Assembly (NCBI GenBank): GCA_964356915.1
Contig: CAYHJF010000001.1
Coordinates: 77,743-141,742 of the forward strand
Reading direction: 5' to 3'
Source: an uncultured Candidatus Saccharibacteria bacterium
Lineage (GTDB): Bacteria; Patescibacteriota; Minisyncoccia; Ryanbacterales; GWA2-47-10b
Length of the DNA stretch: 64,000 bases
The notes beneath the pieces are model-generated. The model did no database searches and was not told where the DNA came from. It was given only the letters and a program-made list of their open reading frames with translations. How positions within the stretch are numbered: position 1 is the stretch's first letter; each line of letters opens with the position of its first letter. Position numbers and translations under genes: made by a program. Shown here piece after piece: positions 48,919 through 58,935 of the stretch.

Positions 48919-49402
48919 GAACTTTAAATTTCTTAAGGGCCTCTATCGTAACCCGAGCATTATTAAGTTTATTTGTTGAGCGAGATAAAATTTTCGCGCT
49001 CGCATTTTCAATACCCGCGAACGCAAGAATCGAACGTACTGCACCTCCCGCTACCAAACCTCGACCTTCGCGAGCTGGCTTCAAAATTAAATGGGAGGAA
49101 CCAAAACGCGCCTCGACTTCGTAAGGCACAGATTTTGTTTTCGTAATCGGTACGTGAATATATGCTTTTTTCGCTGCTCGAAGTGCTTTCTCGATAGCCA
49201 AGGCTGTATCAGCACCTTTTGCAACACCAACGCCCACCTTGCCCGCTCTGTCTCCAGCAACAACGGTCGCGCGGAAACTGAACCGACGACCGCCAGCAAC
49301 AACACGCGCGACACGGCGTAAATCAACCATCCGATGTTCTACATCAGATGGTTCGCGACGCTTGCGCGGTTCACGGCCTCTATATTGTGATCGTTCTGCC
49401 AT
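48899..49402 (-). CDS. rpsE: 30S ribosomal protein S5
   Basis: RVARVVAGGRRFSF and AGGAVR motifs. Confidence 0.96.
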   Translation of the reverse strand: MAERSQYRGREPRKRREPSDVEHRMVDLRRVARVVAGGRRFSFRATVVAGDRAGKVGVGVAKGADTALAIEKALRAAKKAYIHVPITKTKSVPYEVEARFGSSHLILKPAREGRGLVAGGAVRSILAFAGIENASAKILSRSTNKLNNARVTIEALKKFKVHATPHS

Positions 49403-49405
49403 AAT

Positions 49406-49750
49406 TTAAAATATTAGTCCTCCTTGGCGCGCGCCCTCTGCGACCGCAGCAATTCTTCCGTGAAATCGAAAGCCGCCGCGATCAAATACGACTGCTGTGA
49501 CTCCCTTTTCTTTTGCTTTCTTCGCGATCTCAAGACCTATCGCGGTCGCACGCTCTGTTTTCGTGCCCTTCTGTACCTTCACATCGGAGGCACTCACAAT
49601 CGTAACCCCCTTTGCATCATCAATCAATTGTACTCGCAAGTATCGCACAGATCGAGAAACAGAAAGACGCGGGCGTGATGCGTCTCCCCAGATCTTTGCT
49701 CGCACGCGACGATGGCGTGCGATATGCTTTGTTTGTTTCGTGCGCTTCAT
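49406..49750 (-). CDS. rplR: 50S ribosomal protein L18
   Basis: RPRLSV and VFDRGGFRFHGRI motifs. Confidence 0.96.
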   Translation of the reverse strand: MKRTKQTKHIARHRRVRAKIWGDASRPRLSVSRSVRYLRVQLIDDAKGVTIVSASDVKVQKGTKTERATAIGLEIAKKAKEKGVTAVVFDRGGFRFHGRIAAVAEGARQGGLIF

Positions 49751-49753
49751 ATG

Positions 49754-50296
49754 TTATGCGGATCCTGTTGCCTTCTTACCAGCCTTGCGACGAATAACCT
49801 CACCTTGGTATCGGATACCCTTACCTTTGTACGGTTCGGGCTTCTTGAGAGCGCGAATCTTTGCAGCCGTACGCCCTACCAAGTCTTTCGAAATACCTGA
49901 AATAGTCACGGTATTTTTTTCAACAACAAAAGTAATACCCTCTGGTGCTGAAAAAAATACCGGATGTGAAAATCCAAGAGCAAATTGTAAATCTTTGCCC
50001 TTCAACTCAACTCGATATCCAACTCCCTCGAGCTCAAGCTTTTTCTCATATCCACTCACCACGCCGATAACCATGTTTGCGACCAACGCACGAAATGTAC
50101 CCCACAATTTCTTTGCCTGTCTACTTGTACGATTAAGAACAATCGTAACTTCACTGCCAGCGACATCAATGCGTACATCTGGATGAATCGCTAAAGAAAG
50201 TGATCCTTTAGGACCCTTTACTTCGATCTTTCCAGAGGTAACTTCTATAGTTACTCCGGTCGGAAGTGTAATAGGTTGTGCACCAACGCGACTCAT
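49754..50296 (-). CDS. rplF: 50S ribosomal protein L6
   Basis: MSRVG and PEPYKGKGIRY motifs. Confidence 0.97.
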   Translation of the reverse strand: MSRVGAQPITLPTGVTIEVTSGKIEVKGPKGSLSLAIHPDVRIDVAGSEVTIVLNRTSRQAKKLWGTFRALVANMVIGVVSGYEKKLELEGVGYRVELKGKDLQFALGFSHPVFFSAPEGITFVVEKNTVTISGISKDLVGRTAAKIRALKKPEPYKGKGIRYQGEVIRRKAGKKATGSA

Positions 50297-50305
50297 ATTA
50301 TATAT

Positions 50306-50701
50306 TTACCAGATTTCAAATAATACCTCTCCGCCAATACGACCTCTTCGCGCCTCCATACTCGTCATTAAACCCTTAGACGTAGAAATAATCTGAAGTC
50401 CGTGACGATGTCGAAATGGCTGCATCTCCGTTGACTTGCGATACACGCGACGCGCCTGCTTTGAAACGCGACGAGTACCTTCAATGCGTCCTCGCTTATC
50501 GTCAGCATATACGAGCTCGACTTCAATCATCTTGCGAGCACGCTTACCACGACGATCTGATTTGCCAATATATCCTTCGCGCTCCAAAAGCTTTGCAACT
50601 TCCCACGTAAGCGCCGAATAAGGAACCATTGTTGTTCCTCTACCGACAGCTTGCGCATTACGAATGCGGACTAAAAAGTCAGATAATAAATCTCTTACCA
50701 T
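50306..50701 (-). CDS. rpsH: 30S ribosomal protein S8
   Basis: [13 protein letters not shown] and GGEVL motifs. Confidence 0.95.
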   Translation of the reverse strand: MVRDLLSDFLVRIRNAQAVGRGTTMVPYSALTWEVAKLLEREGYIGKSDRRGKRARKMIEVELVYADDKRGRIEGTRRVSKQARRVYRKSTEMQPFRHRHGLQIISTSKGLMTSMEARRGRIGGEVLFEIW

Positions 50702-50880
50702 GATGATTTACGTACTCCTGGGATCATGCCGTCGTTAGCAAGTTCACGAAAACAGATACGACACAATTGAAACTCTCGCATGTACCCACGCTTTCGACCA
50801 CAACGAAAACATCGGCGCACTATCCGCGACGAGAATTTTGGTTTTCTTTCTGCTCGTACCCGTACCGATGTCTTAGCCAT
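50695..50880 (-). CDS. rpsN: 30S ribosomal protein S14 (zinc type)
   Basis: RCFRCGR...LCRICFRE, 61 aa. Confidence 0.96.
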   Translation of the reverse strand: MAKTSVRVRAERKPKFSSRIVRRCFRCGRKRGYMREFQLCRICFRELANDGMIPGVRKSSW

Positions 50881-50905
50881 AAGTTTCGTGATTTTACGTT
50901 ATTTT

Positions 50906-51439
50906 TCAATCTTTTGCAAGCGGAAATCCGAGCGTTGTAAAAAGGATTTTTGCTCGTTCCCGAGAACCGGCGGTCGTTACTATACTCACCTGTAAACTAA
51001 AAATTCGACGCACATCCTCTCCAATCATTTCAGGAAAAATAATGTGCTCTCGAATCCCAATATGCATGTTCCCATGTTCATCGAGACCCTCTTCCTTCAA
51101 CCCACGGAAGTCGCGTGTACGTGGAATTGCTGACAAAACAAGACGATCAAGAAAGTCCCACATACGCTTCCCTCGCAACGTAACACGAAATCCGACTGTC
51201 ATACCTTTCCGCGACTTAAATGATGCGATCGCGATACGCGCGGGACGACCCTGAACTGCTTGCCCCGTAATCTGTACGAGAGCCTTACGAACATCTTCCC
51301 GCTCTTTTTCATCACGCGCACGTCCAACACCGACGTTAACAACGACTTTTTCAAGACGTGGCACGGCCATAACACTACGGCCCTTAAACGCCGGGATCGT
51401 TTCTTTTGTATATCGCTCTTTGAGGCTTACATTGGTCAT
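50906..51439 (-). CDS. rplE: 50S ribosomal protein L5
   Basis: VPRLEKVVVNVG, PRTRDFRG and IIFPE motifs. Confidence 0.96.
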   Translation of the reverse strand: MTNVSLKERYTKETIPAFKGRSVMAVPRLEKVVVNVGVGRARDEKEREDVRKALVQITGQAVQGRPARIAIASFKSRKGMTVGFRVTLRGKRMWDFLDRLVLSAIPRTRDFRGLKEEGLDEHGNMHIGIREHIIFPEMIGEDVRRIFSLQVSIVTTAGSRERAKILFTTLGFPLAKD

Positions 51440-51753
51440 GATAGATCTCCTCCACATTTCTTACAGATACGACTCTTGCTAGACCCCTCCATACGATACG
51501 CAACTCGAGTACCTTTACTACATCGAGGACATACAACAAGGAGACGAGATGCTGGAACAGGATGAGCAAGATTTACACGCTGACCCTTTTCCCCTGCACG
51601 ACGAGGTCGTGTATGGCGCACATGCATATTAATACCCTCAACGAGTACGCGGTCTTCTTCGGGATATACACGAACAACCTTACCCTTCTTACCGCGATCC
51701 TTACCTACTTGAATAAGTACTGTATCGCCTTTTTTAATCTTTGACCTGATCAT
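51436..51753 (-). CDS. rplX: 50S ribosomal protein L24
   Basis: IKKGDTV...GKDRGKKG and VEGIN motifs. Confidence 0.96.
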   Translation of the reverse strand: MIRSKIKKGDTVLIQVGKDRGKKGKVVRVYPEEDRVLVEGINMHVRHTRPRRAGEKGQRVNLAHPVPASRLLVVCPRCSKGTRVAYRMEGSSKSRICKKCGGDLS

Positions 51754-52115
51754 AGTACCTCCTCCGCAAGTGAAATAATCTTTGTATAACCGCGATCACG
51801 TAACTCTCGAGCAACAGGCCCAAAAATACGCGCACCTTTCGGCTCTTTCTTTTCAACTACAACGGCAGCATTGTCATCAAAGCGTATATATGAGCCGTCT
51901 TTTCGGCGGAAAGGATTGCGCTGACGTACAATCACTGCACGCACAATCTCTTTCTTCTTGAGCATTTTGCGTGGTTCAGCGGTCTGTACTGATGCAACAA
52001 CAAGATCCCCAATTTGAGCATACCGGCGTTTCGATCCTCCAAGCACCTTGAACACACGGATGATTTTGGCACCTGTGTTGTCAGCAACATTCAATAATGT
52101 TCGTGGTTGAATCAT
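51750..52115 (-). CDS. rplN: 50S ribosomal protein L14
   Basis: VADNTGA, FDDNA and [10 protein letters not shown] motifs. Confidence 0.98.
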   Translation of the reverse strand: MIQPRTLLNVADNTGAKIIRVFKVLGGSKRRYAQIGDLVVASVQTAEPRKMLKKKEIVRAVIVRQRNPFRRKDGSYIRFDDNAAVVVEKKEPKGARIFGPVARELRDRGYTKIISLAEEVL

Positions 52116-52124
52116 ATACTTATA

Positions 52125-52361
52125 TTATTCGACTACTGCCCAGCGTTTTTCACGCGACATCGGGCGAATAGCACGGATCGTAACCTTCTGTCCCTCTTGA
52201 ATACTTGGATTTTCACAATGAGCTTTATATCGTTTCGTGGTGCGAATAAACTTACGATATTTCGGATGCTGCTTTAAACTTACAACCTCAACAATCACCG
52301 TCTTTTGCATTTTGGTGGACATAACCTTACCGGTCATTGTTTGAATATGTTTTTCGCTCAT
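52125..52361 (-). CDS. rpsQ: 30S ribosomal protein S17
   Basis: KMQKTV, HPKYRK and RPMSREKRW motifs. Confidence 0.96.
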   Translation of the reverse strand: MSEKHIQTMTGKVMSTKMQKTVIVEVVSLKQHPKYRKFIRTTKRYKAHCENPSIQEGQKVTIRAIRPMSREKRWAVVE

Positions 52362-52546
52362 GATTGTTTCTCCTGAAGCAGAGTCAAAATTCGTGCGCGA
52401 CCACGACGAAGTTCACGCGATTCTTTTACATTCTTTGATCGTGCGCGAAAGTGTTCGAACTGGATTTTGGAAATTTTCTCGCTCATCTCTTTAAGCAAGA
52501 CTTCCAATTCATTCGCTGATTTTATCCTTAATTCTTTCGTTTTCAT
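52358..52546 (-). CDS. rpmC: 50S ribosomal protein L29
   Basis: ELR.KS..EL and ARILT motifs, plus position in the operon. Confidence 0.9.
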   Translation of the reverse strand: MKTKELRIKSANELEVLLKEMSEKISKIQFEHFRARSKNVKESRELRRGRARILTLLQEKQS

Positions 52547-52956
52547 ACTCTCTCCACGATTTTTGTTCTAATCGGCATCTTCCCTCCCGCGCGTCGCAAC
52601 GCTTCACGCGCCGTATCACGAGGAATACCATCGATTTCAAATAGAATACGTCCTGGACGAACAGGAAACACGTAGTGATCAACACTACCCTTTCCGCCAC
52701 CCATCGTTACTTCTGGAGGACGCCTTGTAATTGGCTTGTCAGGGAAAATACGGATCCAAATCTTACCACCTCTTTGTACATATCGAGTCATCGCCTTACG
52801 CGCTGCTTCAATCTGACGAGAATTAATCCACGCAGCTCCATCAGCCTTCAAGCCATATGAACCGTACGCCAACGTAGTGCCACGCACCTCAACTTGGCGC
52901 TTGCGCGATCGTCCCTTCTGCCACTTCCGATATTTTACTTTTTTTGGTACCAACAT
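52543..52956 (-). CDS. rplP: 50S ribosomal protein L16
   Basis: [16 protein letters not shown] and MGGGKG motifs. Confidence 0.97.
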   Translation of the reverse strand: MLVPKKVKYRKWQKGRSRKRQVEVRGTTLAYGSYGLKADGAAWINSRQIEAARKAMTRYVQRGGKIWIRIFPDKPITRRPPEVTMGGGKGSVDHYVFPVRPGRILFEIDGIPRDTAREALRRAGGKMPIRTKIVERV

Positions 52957-52959
52957 ACG

Positions 52960-53610
52960 CTACTCTCCTTTCTTATCTTTATCAAATACTTCGCCCTTGT
53001 AGACCCAGACTTTGATGCCAATTGTACCGTAAGGAAGGGTTGCCGTATCGCGCGCAAAATCAACATCCGCACGAAGCGTCTGTAGAGGAATACGCCCTCG
53101 CTTTAACCATTCCCGACGACCCATCTCAGCTCCATCAAGGCGTCCCTTCAAATATATACGTACTCCTTCCACGCCCTGTGTCGTTATGGTCTTTTCGATT
53201 GTCTGTTTCAAAATACGGCGGAAAGGAAGACGCTTCTCAAGATCCTGAACAACCTGACGCGCAACAACGCGCGCGTCTGACTGCGGGTTACGGATTTCTT
53301 CAATTGATAATTTCAAATCCTTAAACCCGAATTTCTTTTGTAACTCGCGCTTGAGACGCTCTACTCCCTCACCTCCTCGCCCGATGATTAACCCTGGTCG
53401 CGGAGTCTTAATGATTACGTTGATCGCATTACGCGAACGCTCGATCTCAACTCCAGCGGCAAGCTGGGAGCGAAGACGCTTCATAATCCACTCCCGCATC
53501 ATTACATCTTCTTTAAGCGTTTTAGAAAAACCTTTCGCCTGAAACCAGCGCGATTTCCAATCGCGAAGCGTACCGATGCGGAATGAATATGGATGAACGC
53601 TGTGTGTCAT
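52960..53610 (-). CDS. rpsC: 30S ribosomal protein S3
   Basis: PGLIIGRGG, GRIPLQTLRADVD and GIKVW motifs. Confidence 0.97.
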   Translation of the reverse strand: MTHSVHPYSFRIGTLRDWKSRWFQAKGFSKTLKEDVMMREWIMKRLRSQLAAGVEIERSRNAINVIIKTPRPGLIIGRGGEGVERLKRELQKKFGFKDLKLSIEEIRNPQSDARVVARQVVQDLEKRLPFRRILKQTIEKTITTQGVEGVRIYLKGRLDGAEMGRREWLKRGRIPLQTLRADVDFARDTATLPYGTIGIKVWVYKGEVFDKDKKGE

Positions 53611-53612
53611 AA

Positions 53613-53954
53613 TTATTTTTTAGCTTCCAACGTCAAAGTAATGTGACTTGTCTTTTTACGAATGCGTGACGCGCGACCATGTGCACGCGGCAAAGAACGC
53701 TTATACACCGGTCCCTCGTCAACGCGAATATCTTTAATCGTAAGTGTCTCTGAAGCTGGAACTTTTGCATTATGACGCACGTTTGCAACAGCACTCTTCA
53801 AAAGTTTCTCTATCGGATGAGCGCCACGTTTGACGATAATATGAAGCGCTTCAAACGCATCTTCAACTTCTCGTCCCTTGATTGCATCCGTCACCAAACG
53901 CACCTTGCGAGGCGCGATGCGAAGTCTGCGTAATTGTGAGGTAAAGAGTGCCAT
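53613..53954 (-). CDS. rplV: 50S ribosomal protein L22
   Basis: APRKVRLV, PRAHGRA and SHIT motifs. Confidence 0.97.
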   Translation of the reverse strand: MALFTSQLRRLRIAPRKVRLVTDAIKGREVEDAFEALHIIVKRGAHPIEKLLKSAVANVRHNAKVPASETLTIKDIRVDEGPVYKRSLPRAHGRASRIRKKTSHITLTLEAKK

Positions 53955-53963
53955 AAATCTATA

Positions 53964-54287
53964 TTATTTTTTTGCTGCTTGCGCCGTCTCAGTAGCCTTT
54001 ACCTTTGCAGCTGCTTCAATTTCTTTTTGCATCTTACCACCATGACGCATAAATTTACGGGTTGGAGAGAACTCACCCAAACGGTGTCCGACCATTTCTT
54101 CCGTCACGCTGACAGAAATAAAATCACGACCATTATGTACGCCGAATGTATGGCCCACCATCTCAGGAGAAATCTGGGATGCGCGTGACCACGTCTTAAT
54201 AACCGTCTTTGAATTCGGGGTTGATGCTTTTACCTTCTTGAGAAGCTTCGGATCGATAAACGGTCCTTTTTTTAGTGATCGTGCCAT
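53964..54287 (-). CDS. rpsS: 30S ribosomal protein S19
   Basis: [13 protein letters not shown] and GHRLGEF motifs. Confidence 0.97.
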   Translation of the reverse strand: MARSLKKGPFIDPKLLKKVKASTPNSKTVIKTWSRASQISPEMVGHTFGVHNGRDFISVSVTEEMVGHRLGEFSPTRKFMRHGGKMQKEIEAAAKVKATETAQAAKK

Positions 54288-54296
54288 ATATATTCT

Positions 54297-55124
54297 TTAT
54301 TTTTTGCGACGTGAAATAATCAACATACGCGAGTATTTCTTCTTATTGCGAGTCTTCACGCCTCGTGTCCCTTTGCCCCAGAGGTTCTTAGGACGACGCG
54401 TACCACGCATCTGTCGACCTTCACCACCTCCATATGGATGATCAACGGGATTCATCGCAGAACCGCGTACCGTTGGGCGAATGCCCATATGTCGCGATCG
54501 ACCTGCTTTCCCAACATTTACAAACATATGCTCTTCATTTGAAAGACTCCCGATTGTTGCCCAACCACTTGCGGGCACCTTACGAACTTCTTTTGAAGGC
54601 ATTTTAATCGTCGTGTAGTCACCTTCATGACCAAGGATTTCGGCATTTGTACCCGCGGAACGAACTAACCGGCCGCCTCCATTTGGCTTCACTTCGATAT
54701 TATAAACGGGCGTTCCTGGAAGAAGCTTACCAATCGCCATCGCATTTCCCGCCTTTGGCTCAGCATCGATTGAATACAAAATTTCATCCCCGACTTTCAT
54801 ACTTTTACCAGCAAGGATATACCGCTTCTCGCCATCACGATATTGAGCAAGTGCGATAAACGTAGTGCGGTTTGGATCATACTCAATTGCAGCAATACGC
54901 GCAGGAACTTCTTTTTTATCGTACCCGAAAGAAACCAATCGATAGAGTCGCTTAGCACCAGCACCCTTATGACGAACGGTAATGCGTCCTACATTATTAC
55001 GCCCAACAGCGCGCTGAAAACCATGCGTAAGCGCTTTCTCCGGTTTTTTTTGCGTAAGCAATTTGCGGTACTCGATGACCGTCATGCCACGCACACCTGG
55101 TGATGTAGGACGAAGTATTTTCAT
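54297..55124 (-). CDS. rplB: 50S ribosomal protein L2
   Basis: EYDPNR and RGSAMNPVDHPYGGGEG motifs. Confidence 0.98.
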   Translation of the reverse strand: MKILRPTSPGVRGMTVIEYRKLLTQKKPEKALTHGFQRAVGRNNVGRITVRHKGAGAKRLYRLVSFGYDKKEVPARIAAIEYDPNRTTFIALAQYRDGEKRYILAGKSMKVGDEILYSIDAEPKAGNAMAIGKLLPGTPVYNIEVKPNGGGRLVRSAGTNAEILGHEGDYTTIKMPSKEVRKVPASGWATIGSLSNEEHMFVNVGKAGRSRHMGIRPTVRGSAMNPVDHPYGGGEGRQMRGTRRPKNLWGKGTRGVKTRNKKKYSRMLIISRRKK

Positions 55125-55126
55125 AA

Positions 55127-55552
55127 TTAAAAAATGTCGATAGCCTCGCCTTGACGCAAAGCTACCACGGCCTTCTTATAACCTTTCTTAACTCCCTCCG
55201 TCAACCCACGACGACGAGGTTTTTCATGTACTTTAACAACTTGAACATGCTCAACATGCACGCTGTACGTCTTTTCAACAGCACTTTTGATTTCTCGTTT
55301 TGTTGACTTTGGATGTACGCGAAACGTGTACTGACCATCTTCTGAAAGCATGCGGGCTCGTTCAGTAACATGAGGAGCGATAAGCGCAAATCGCCCAACG
55401 GAAATATTTAAAACAGCTGGAGCGACAACGTTCTTTTTTGTCTGAGTCTGAATCTCTTCTTTCTCTGGGCGACTATCGGAAATACGCGTCTTTTTGCGAG
55501 CCTCATTCTTCTCAACCTTTTCTTTCTTCTTTAAAAAATCAAATAATGTCAT
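55127..55552 (-). CDS. rplW: 50S ribosomal protein L23 with N-terminal extension
   Basis: P.VTE, K.EIK.AVE and YKKAVV.L motifs. Confidence 0.93.
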   Translation of the reverse strand: MTLFDFLKKKEKVEKNEARKKTRISDSRPEKEEIQTQTKKNVVAPAVLNISVGRFALIAPHVTERARMLSEDGQYTFRVHPKSTKREIKSAVEKTYSVHVEHVQVVKVHEKPRRRGLTEGVKKGYKKAVVALRQGEAIDIF

Positions 55553-55561
55553 ATATTTTCC

Positions 55562-56206
55562 TTACGCGGTAATTTTTTCAACGGCATCTTTAGTAATCAG
55601 AACGTACTTTGGAAGAAGTGCTGTTTCAGCATTAATATTGCGCGCCTGATCTACATCAATAAACGGGATGTTACGGATTGAACGTATAGTCGCAGACTCT
55701 GATGTACCCAAGAGAATAAGCGCGCGACCTCCGCGAATACCAAACTTCTCTGCACCAACTCCTGCGCTAAATACCTTAAGCGCTGATGCGGCAGTTTTTG
55801 TCTTTCCTTCAGGGAAAGTAATTTTATCAACAAACAAAATCTCGCCATCTTTCAATTTCTTTGAAAGAACTGTCGCGAGTGCCTTTCGACGAACCATCTT
55901 ATTAAGCTTGCGCTCATAAACTTTTTCCGTGCGAGGACCGTGCGTCGTGCCACCTCCAATCCATATTGGAGATCGAGTGGAACCGTGTCGCGCTCTACCG
56001 GTACCCTTTTGGCGCCATGGCTTCTTACCTCCACCGCGCACCTCTCCTCTCCCTTTCGTGTGAGCAGTACCGGCGCGTCGTGAAGATTGCAAGATAGTTA
56101 TAACCTCATGAACGAGCGTCGCGTTCCAACGAACACCAAAAATCTTATCAGAGACTTCAACTTCTCCTGTCTTTTTACCTTCGATATTGTAGAGCGGCGC
56201 TTTCAT
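55562..56206 (-). CDS. rplD: 50S ribosomal protein L4
   Basis: KPWRQKGTGRARHGS. Confidence 0.97.
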   Translation of the reverse strand: MKAPLYNIEGKKTGEVEVSDKIFGVRWNATLVHEVITILQSSRRAGTAHTKGRGEVRGGGKKPWRQKGTGRARHGSTRSPIWIGGGTTHGPRTEKVYERKLNKMVRRKALATVLSKKLKDGEILFVDKITFPEGKTKTAASALKVFSAGVGAEKFGIRGGRALILLGTSESATIRSIRNIPFIDVDQARNINAETALLPKYVLITKDAVEKITA

Positions 56207-56214
56207 ACAAAAAA

Positions 56215-56760
56215 TTATGCGGTTATCTCCAAAAGCGTTCCTCGAGCGCCTGGTACAGCACCGCGAAGATAAAGCTGATTCTTTTCGATATCAATCTTGG
56301 CGACCTTCAAATTTCGAACGGTAATACGCTCTTGGCCCATGCGTCCACCCATGCGCGTTCCCTTAAGTACACGCTGAGGCCATACAGCTCCGATAGAGCC
56401 CGGTTCACGATGAGCATGCTTAGTACCGTGAGTCTTAGGAGCACCCTTGAAACCATGGCGCTTTACTACACCCTGGAAACCACGCCCCTTTGTAAGGCCG
56501 GAGACCTTAACAAAATCACCCAACGCAAAGACCGAAACGTCGATAGAAGCTCCATTTTCAAATGAACCCTCTGTAAGCTTGAACTCCTTTTTTACTCTTC
56601 CAGATTGTACCTGTATAGCCTTATACCCGTCTTTTTCATCAGTTTTGAGTTGAGTTACGGTCATCGGAGCCGACTGAACAATAGTCACAGGGACAACTGT
56701 GCCATCATCTTCAAATATTTGGGTCATGGTGACCTTTTTACCAAGTATGAATTTTTTCAT
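56215..56760 (-). CDS. rplC: 50S ribosomal protein L3
   Basis: GKK..MTQ, KGRGFQGVVKRH and GAVPG motifs. Confidence 0.97.
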   Translation of the reverse strand: MKKFILGKKVTMTQIFEDDGTVVPVTIVQSAPMTVTQLKTDEKDGYKAIQVQSGRVKKEFKLTEGSFENGASIDVSVFALGDFVKVSGLTKGRGFQGVVKRHGFKGAPKTHGTKHAHREPGSIGAVWPQRVLKGTRMGGRMGQERITVRNLKVAKIDIEKNQLYLRGAVPGARGTLLEITA

Positions 56761-56896
56761 GGGTCAACTTGAGCTTTTAGCTTTTTGGGCTAACAAAATG
56801 CCCCGCTAGGGCGGAGCACTTTCTCCACCAACCTTTTCTAGAGTTGTTATCTAGAAAACATGGAGTATTTATAGCAGATCAGCATTCGCTTGTCTA
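56761..56896 (-). promoter_or_regulatory. rplC promoter and structured 5' leader
   Basis: TAGACA-17-TATAAA (extended TG), then about 100 nt of leader with three hairpins. Confidence 0.6.
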
Positions 56897-56944
56897 GAGG
56901 CCAGAAAGGGTGGTTCCTAGTAACTGAAGTGCCAAGTACATAAA

Positions 56945-56975
56945 TAAAAATCCCCGAGAAAGTCTCTTCGGGGAA
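56945..56975 (-). terminator. Intrinsic terminator
   Basis: TCCCCGA...TCGGGGA stem with a U-tail on the - strand. Confidence 0.7.
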
Positions 56976-56987
56976 GTAACATATAAC

Positions 56988-57184
56988 TTACGGGAGTGCG
57001 GCAATAAATTCTCTCAGGAGTGCCGCTACAATGCGATCCAGATCCGGATCGTCTGTAGTCATCATGGAAAGTGCGCGTAACCGATCTTTCGCAGGATCGA
57101 ATACGTGCCCAATAACCCCCCCCTCCGACAGGCATATCGCATGATTTCTGAAAAAGTTGTAGCTTCTATAGAAAATCGATTCAT
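56988..57184 (-). pseudogene. Small SD-led gene out of frame at or before a G8 tract
   Basis: AGGAGGT SD. One extra G gives a 65-aa ORF ending at TAA 56988, just before the terminator. Confidence 0.55.
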
Positions 57185-57226
57185 GCGAACCTCCTCACGT
57201 AGACATACCATGCAAGCCCCCAAAAT

Positions 57227-57256
57227 CAAAATCCCCCGCGAGCGCGGGGGATTTTG
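57227..57256 (-). terminator. Terminator after rpsJ
   Basis: CAAAATCCCCCGCG-AG-CGCGGGGGATTTTG. Confidence 0.8.
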
Positions 57257-57263
57257 TAGCAAT

Positions 57264-57593
57264 CTACATTTTTACTTCGACATCGACACCAGCAGGAAGG
57301 TTGAGATTTGTAAGCGCATCTACGATCTTTGATGTCGGCTCTATGATATCAACGATGCGTTTATGAACTCTAATTTCAAACTGTTCGCGAGCGTTTTTAT
57401 GAACGAAGGTTGAGCGATTAACCGTATACTTACGGATTTCCGTTGGAAGCGGCACCGGACCTACGATATTGCCACCGTATCGGCGAGCGGTATCGACAAT
57501 TTGGCGAACCGAAGAATCGATTACCTTATTGTCGTAGGCACGGATGCGAATCCGTAACTTACTTCCTTCTTGTTTATCTTTTGCAGTAGCCAT
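57264..57593 (-). CDS. rpsJ: 30S ribosomal protein S10
   Basis: RIRIRAYD, GPVPLPT and REQFEIR.HKR motifs. Confidence 0.98.
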   Translation of the reverse strand: MATAKDKQEGSKLRIRIRAYDNKVIDSSVRQIVDTARRYGGNIVGPVPLPTEIRKYTVNRSTFVHKNAREQFEIRVHKRIVDIIEPTSKIVDALTNLNLPAGVDVEVKM

Positions 57594-57612
57594 GCGCTCA
57601 ATCTGTAGTTAT

Positions 57613-58809
57613 TTATTTATCGATTTTTGTAACAACACCTGCGCCGACAGTCTTGCCACCTTCGCGGATAGCAAAGCGCTGTTTCTCTTCAAGGGCAACA
57701 GGATTGATTAATTTAACCTTAAACTTCATGGTATCGCCTGGCATAACCATTTCAGTACCCTCAGGCAAGGTTACATCACCCGTTACATCCGTTGTGCGGA
57801 TATAGAATTGAGGCTTATAACCATTGAAAAATGGTGTGTGACGACCACCTTCATCCTTGTTCAAGATATAGACCTCCGCTTCAAACTCTGTATGGGGGGT
57901 GACAGAGCCACCCTTTGCAAGCACCTGACCACGCTCAACATCCTCTTTCTTAAGCCCACGGAGAAGAAGTCCTGCATTATCTCCAGCCATACCTTCATCG
58001 AGCTGTTTATTAAACATTTCGATACCTGTAACGGTTGTCTTTGCGGTTGGCTTGATACCAATAATTTCGATATCTTCACCTACCTTGATCTTGCCGCGTT
58101 CAATACGACCTGTAACTACAGTACCGCGTCCTTCAATTGAGAAAACGTCCTCGACAGGCATAAGAAATGGTCTGTCAGTTTCACGAACTGGATCAGGAAC
58201 GTATGTATCAAGAGCTTCGGTCAACTTTAAGATTGCCTGAACTGCTGGATCGTCCTTTGAAGTTGCTTCGAGCGCCTTGAGCGCTGAACCCTTAATAATA
58301 GGGCACTCATCGCCTGGGAAATTGTACTTCGTAAGTAATTCGCGAATTTCCGTCTCCACGAGCTCTACGAGCTCTGGATCATCAACCGCATCAACCTTGT
58401 TGATGAATACGATTATTTTTGGAACACCAACTTGATACGCAAGAAGGATATGTTCACGAGTCTGAGGCATCGGACCGTCTGTTGCAGCAACAACAAGAAT
58501 CGCGCCGTCCATTTGAGCCGCACCCGTAATCATGTTTTTGATATAATCTGCGTGTCCTGGAGCATCGATATGTGCGTAATGACGTGTCGCAGTCTCATAT
58601 TCTGAGTGGTGAAGAGCGATTGTAATACCACGTGCGCGCTCTTCGGGCGCGTTATCAATCTGATCCACCTTTTCGAGGCGAACCTTATTACCCGCCAAGT
58701 TAAGCGAGTGGAGAATCGCAGCCGTAAGAGTCGTCTTACCGTGGTCAACGTGACCAATGGTACCGACATTTACGTGCGTCTTTGAACGTTCAAATTTTTC
58801 CGCTGCCAT
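57613..58809 (-). CDS. tuf: Elongation factor Tu
   Basis: [22 protein letters not shown] and NKVD motifs. Confidence 0.99.
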   Translation of the reverse strand: MAAEKFERSKTHVNVGTIGHVDHGKTTLTAAILHSLNLAGNKVRLEKVDQIDNAPEERARGITIALHHSEYETATRHYAHIDAPGHADYIKNMITGAAQMDGAILVVAATDGPMPQTREHILLAYQVGVPKIIVFINKVDAVDDPELVELVETEIRELLTKYNFPGDECPIIKGSALKALEATSKDDPAVQAILKLTEALDTYVPDPVRETDRPFLMPVEDVFSIEGRGTVVTGRIERGKIKVGEDIEIIGIKPTAKTTVTGIEMFNKQLDEGMAGDNAGLLLRGLKKEDVERGQVLAKGGSVTPHTEFEAEVYILNKDEGGRHTPFFNGYKPQFYIRTTDVTGDVTLPEGTEMVMPGDTMKFKVKLINPVALEEKQRFAIREGGKTVGAGVVTKIDK

Positions 58810-58894
58810 AAAAAATAAAGTCAAAAACTAGAGCCAATAATACGAGCCTTAGAGCCCATTGCCATGAAAAGTCATGGCAAATAACGTACTGACC

Positions 58895-58923
58895 ATAGTA
58901 AGGAAGGAGTGCCCTGCTGTCAA
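58895..58923 (-). promoter_or_regulatory. tuf promoter
   Basis: TTGACA-17-TACTAT. The leader contains a TTGCCATGA/TCATGGCAA hairpin. Confidence 0.7.
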
Positions 58924-58935
58924 TAGCTTTTGGAG

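Noticed and set aside
49497-50186. 229-aa plus-strand ORF and similar antisense ORFs across the ribosomal cluster
   Set aside because: These are antisense shadows of rplR/rplF and other conserved genes, with no independent signals.
55400-55552. N-terminal extension of L23 as a novel fusion
   Set aside because: Low-complexity Lys/Glu-rich extensions on r-proteins are common in CPR, and no domain is recognisable.
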